Source of the DNA: Ginkgo biloba | Lineage: Eukaryota; Plantae; Ginkgophyta | Assembly (NCBI GenBank): GCA_024626585.2 | Contig: JANKJI020000002.1 | Coordinates: 26,336,797-26,356,164, forward strand | Direction: 5' to 3' | Length of the DNA: 19,368 nucleotides | Part shown: positions 16,831 to 19,368 of the stretch, piece by piece | Layout: each line of letters starts with the position of its first letter | Position numbering within the stretch: the first letter of the stretch is position 1 | The notes under the pieces: model-generated | The model's database searches: none | What the model was told of the DNA's origin: nothing | What the model saw: only the letters and a program-made list of their open reading frames with translations | Made by a program: the position numbers and the translations under genes

Positions 16831-19368
16831 ATTTGGGTGTGGGGGGCATATTTTAGCTTTGAGAACTCTCTTTCCCTTCAGTTTTCTTTATTTTATTTTT
16901 CCTTCATGTTGGGATACTTTATAAATATACATACATAAGAATAAATGTCTTCTTAGGTAGATATTGGTGTGTAAATAGAAGAATATGATTTTTTAATCTA
17001 CATTATGTAATGGATAATTTTAAACCATGTTTTCCCTAATATAGATGAGATCTAAATTTGCAAAATATAATTTTACAAATCCCAATAGTTGGATTGTTTA
17101 AAATGATATATTTTTTAATTCATAAGGGTAACTTTGAATCATTATAGTATATATTCCTAGTTGGATATGTTTTTAAATAGAATTTTCATATTTTACATAT
17201 AACCACAAATTATAAAGGTGATTTTATCTTTATTTAGATTTGTTTCTACTATGTACCTAGTAGGCTATAAATTATATATTTTGGTGTTAGAATATATTTA
17301 CATCTTTTAAAATATCTAAAGTAGGTTTGTATTATTGGGATAATATTTCTTTCAATATAGAAAAATTAAGAGCACATTTGCTATCAAATCAAGTTATAAC
17401 TTTAAGAAAAAGATGAAGTAAGTTTCGAATAATAATTGTAACTTGTTCAAAACCCAGGAGGGGTAAAAACCTCTTTAACGACCCAAAATTATAATTGGGA
17501 ATATTATGATTAGTATGAGTTTCAAACACAATGTCAACATTTAAAATCATGGAAAACACATTAGGGTAAAATCCCAAGAGGATTAGAAGATAAAAAGTGA
17601 TAATAAAAGGCATTAGTTGATTGCCAATGAAATATATAGCATATTATAAAAGACCTTAACATCAAAATTCCCTCTAAAGGATATGAACTTGTCATATGTG
17701 AAGAAAAGAAGAAATTTTGGTTGTATATGCTCAAAATATTATAACATAATAGTATTATTGCATATTTTACATGAAGNNNNNNNNNNNNNNNNNNNNNNNN
17801 NNNNNNNNNNNNNNNNNNNNNNNNNNNNNNNNNNNNNNNNNNNNNNNNNNNNNNNNNNNNNNNNNNNNNNNNNNNNTGCTAAAGTATTCTTAAGTGGATT
17901 AGACTTGTAGGTGTATTTCTTGAAGTTAAGTGTACAACTTGACTAAGCCTAGAAACTCGATTTCATCCATCAAGTCATATTATTTCCCACATAAGCCCTT
18001 GGATTAATTACTAAGGTACCTTATTTCCTAATATTTTCCATGAGCTTTAACTAGAGGTCATGACCAATATCACTCATTGGATAATTATGAGCTTTTGTTG
18101 TTCAAAGAGCATATCCTTTGTATTGATTTTGATTACATCTTAATTTAGAACTAGATGGAAATTACATAGTCATTTGACCCAATAAAAACATAATACTAAG
18201 AGCCAATTTTCATATTATAGTCCATGAAGATCACTAAAAATCACTTATTGCTAAAATAAACTCACTTGGTACTCAAAATAATAAGATGACCATAAATTAT
18301 ACACCTAATTTTGAATAAGATTTGTATAAGTTCATTTAAATATATTACAAATTTTATAACATTGACACACAATATTGGATTACTTAACATAAACTTGGAT
18401 TATGTGTCATGGATTCAACTTGAAAACCTCCTATAGTACACATCAATATATTTTTTATTATCTCCTTTATTTATTAAAATGATTACATGACTAAGGCCAT
18501 ATGATACACTTAGTTGGTAATCATTATTGTGTGAGTATTTTTATTATTTAAATTAGATAATTATTGAATTATCTAGCTTATGATTAGATCAAAGGTGCAT
18601 ACCCTTTACCCACCATCCATTTAGGATTTGATTGCTTAAAAATAAGAGATTAGTTATTTTCATCATTATAAACTAACTAAGAAAAGTGATATTAATAAAA
18701 CTTTCTAATTTATGAATATGGTTACTATTATAAGCTAATAAATTTCCTATAAATCTATGTAAGCATTTTATTCTCTTTTTGGTGAGACTTTGGATAATTA
18801 AGAGTCGATTACAGATATTTGGATTTTCAGAGGATAGAGATTTGCATCTGGTATCTTATAACATGTTGAAGGAATCTCATTGCTTCTCTTAGATTTTGCA
18901 TTTACTTGCTCCTATAATCCCTTTATTTAAACCTAAATCATATAGTCTTATGCTTTCCATATTGTATTTCTCTTTAGATTCTTATTAATTAATATCAAGG
19001 CCAAGTTATGAGATCTAAATTTTTTAACTAGTTGATTTTATGATTAGCATCCTACGTATCAATAATTTAATGTTTGAGTNNNNNNNNNNNNNNNNNNNNN
19101 NNNNNNNNNNNNNNNNNNNNNNNNNNNNNNNNNNNNTGAACTCCTTAGAGGTGACTCAAAACCCTCATTTTTTTTAGCAATTATGTAGTTATTAAAAGGA
19201 TCATTTTGAGCCTTAGGTTATAGGTTAACATTACTAGTCTATCCTACATAATTTTTAAATGATTTTTTATCCTCCTAAAGGGAAGGTGACCTATCCAAAA
19301 TACTCCCATTTATTAGGTGACTCTTGCATTGCCTTGGCTAACCACATGACCTCTTGGATTATTATATA

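Noticed and set aside
16930-17345. Recurring tagttggat / cctagtagg-like words suggesting a degenerate tandem repeat
   Set aside because: No consistent period could be established in very AT-rich sequence.
1852-17910. ORF-track entries spanning N runs (e.g. 1852-2199, 3269-3763, 6240-6647, 10295-10588, 14829-15104, 16605-16856, 17683-17910)
   Set aside because: Their length comes from untranslatable Ns, and many gaps are exactly 100 N placeholders of unknown size.
18823-18855. Possible micro-exon ttttcag|AGGATAGAGATTTGCATCTG|gtatct
   Set aside because: Splice-like words alone are common, and there is no supporting gene context or transcript evidence.

Overview
Eukaryotic, AT-rich, gap-riddled draft scaffold from a land plant. 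The PPR motif style and the dense, heavily decayed retroelements suggest a large-genome seed plant such as a gymnosperm, but this is inference. The only credible host gene is an apparently intronless PLS-class PPR-E1-E2-DYW gene (7173..9992, minus strand) with intact PG box, HSE and CxxC motifs, i.e. a C-to-U organellar RNA-editing factor. 447 nt of its middle are N. It is surrounded by fossil Ty3/gypsy pieces: PR-RT-RH at 1-1668, a retropepsin at ~2450-3080, a minus-strand integrase tail at ~5780-6295, RH-INT-PPT-LTR at ~10740-12600, and two diverged same-family LTRs at 4615-5172 and 6396-6734. The most interesting observations are: (i) an out-of-frame upstream ATG (MASLLAI...) one base away from giving the PPR a transit-peptide-like start; (ii) a tRNA-Pro-like, SINE-type insertion with a ~16-bp target-site duplication inside the RT; (iii) a CpG-rich Helitron-like insert ~250 bp upstream of the PPR; (iv) arithmetic predicting three extra 31-aa motifs in the PPR gap. 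I found no convincing wholly new biological system. No CRISPR, rRNA or intact tRNA was seen.
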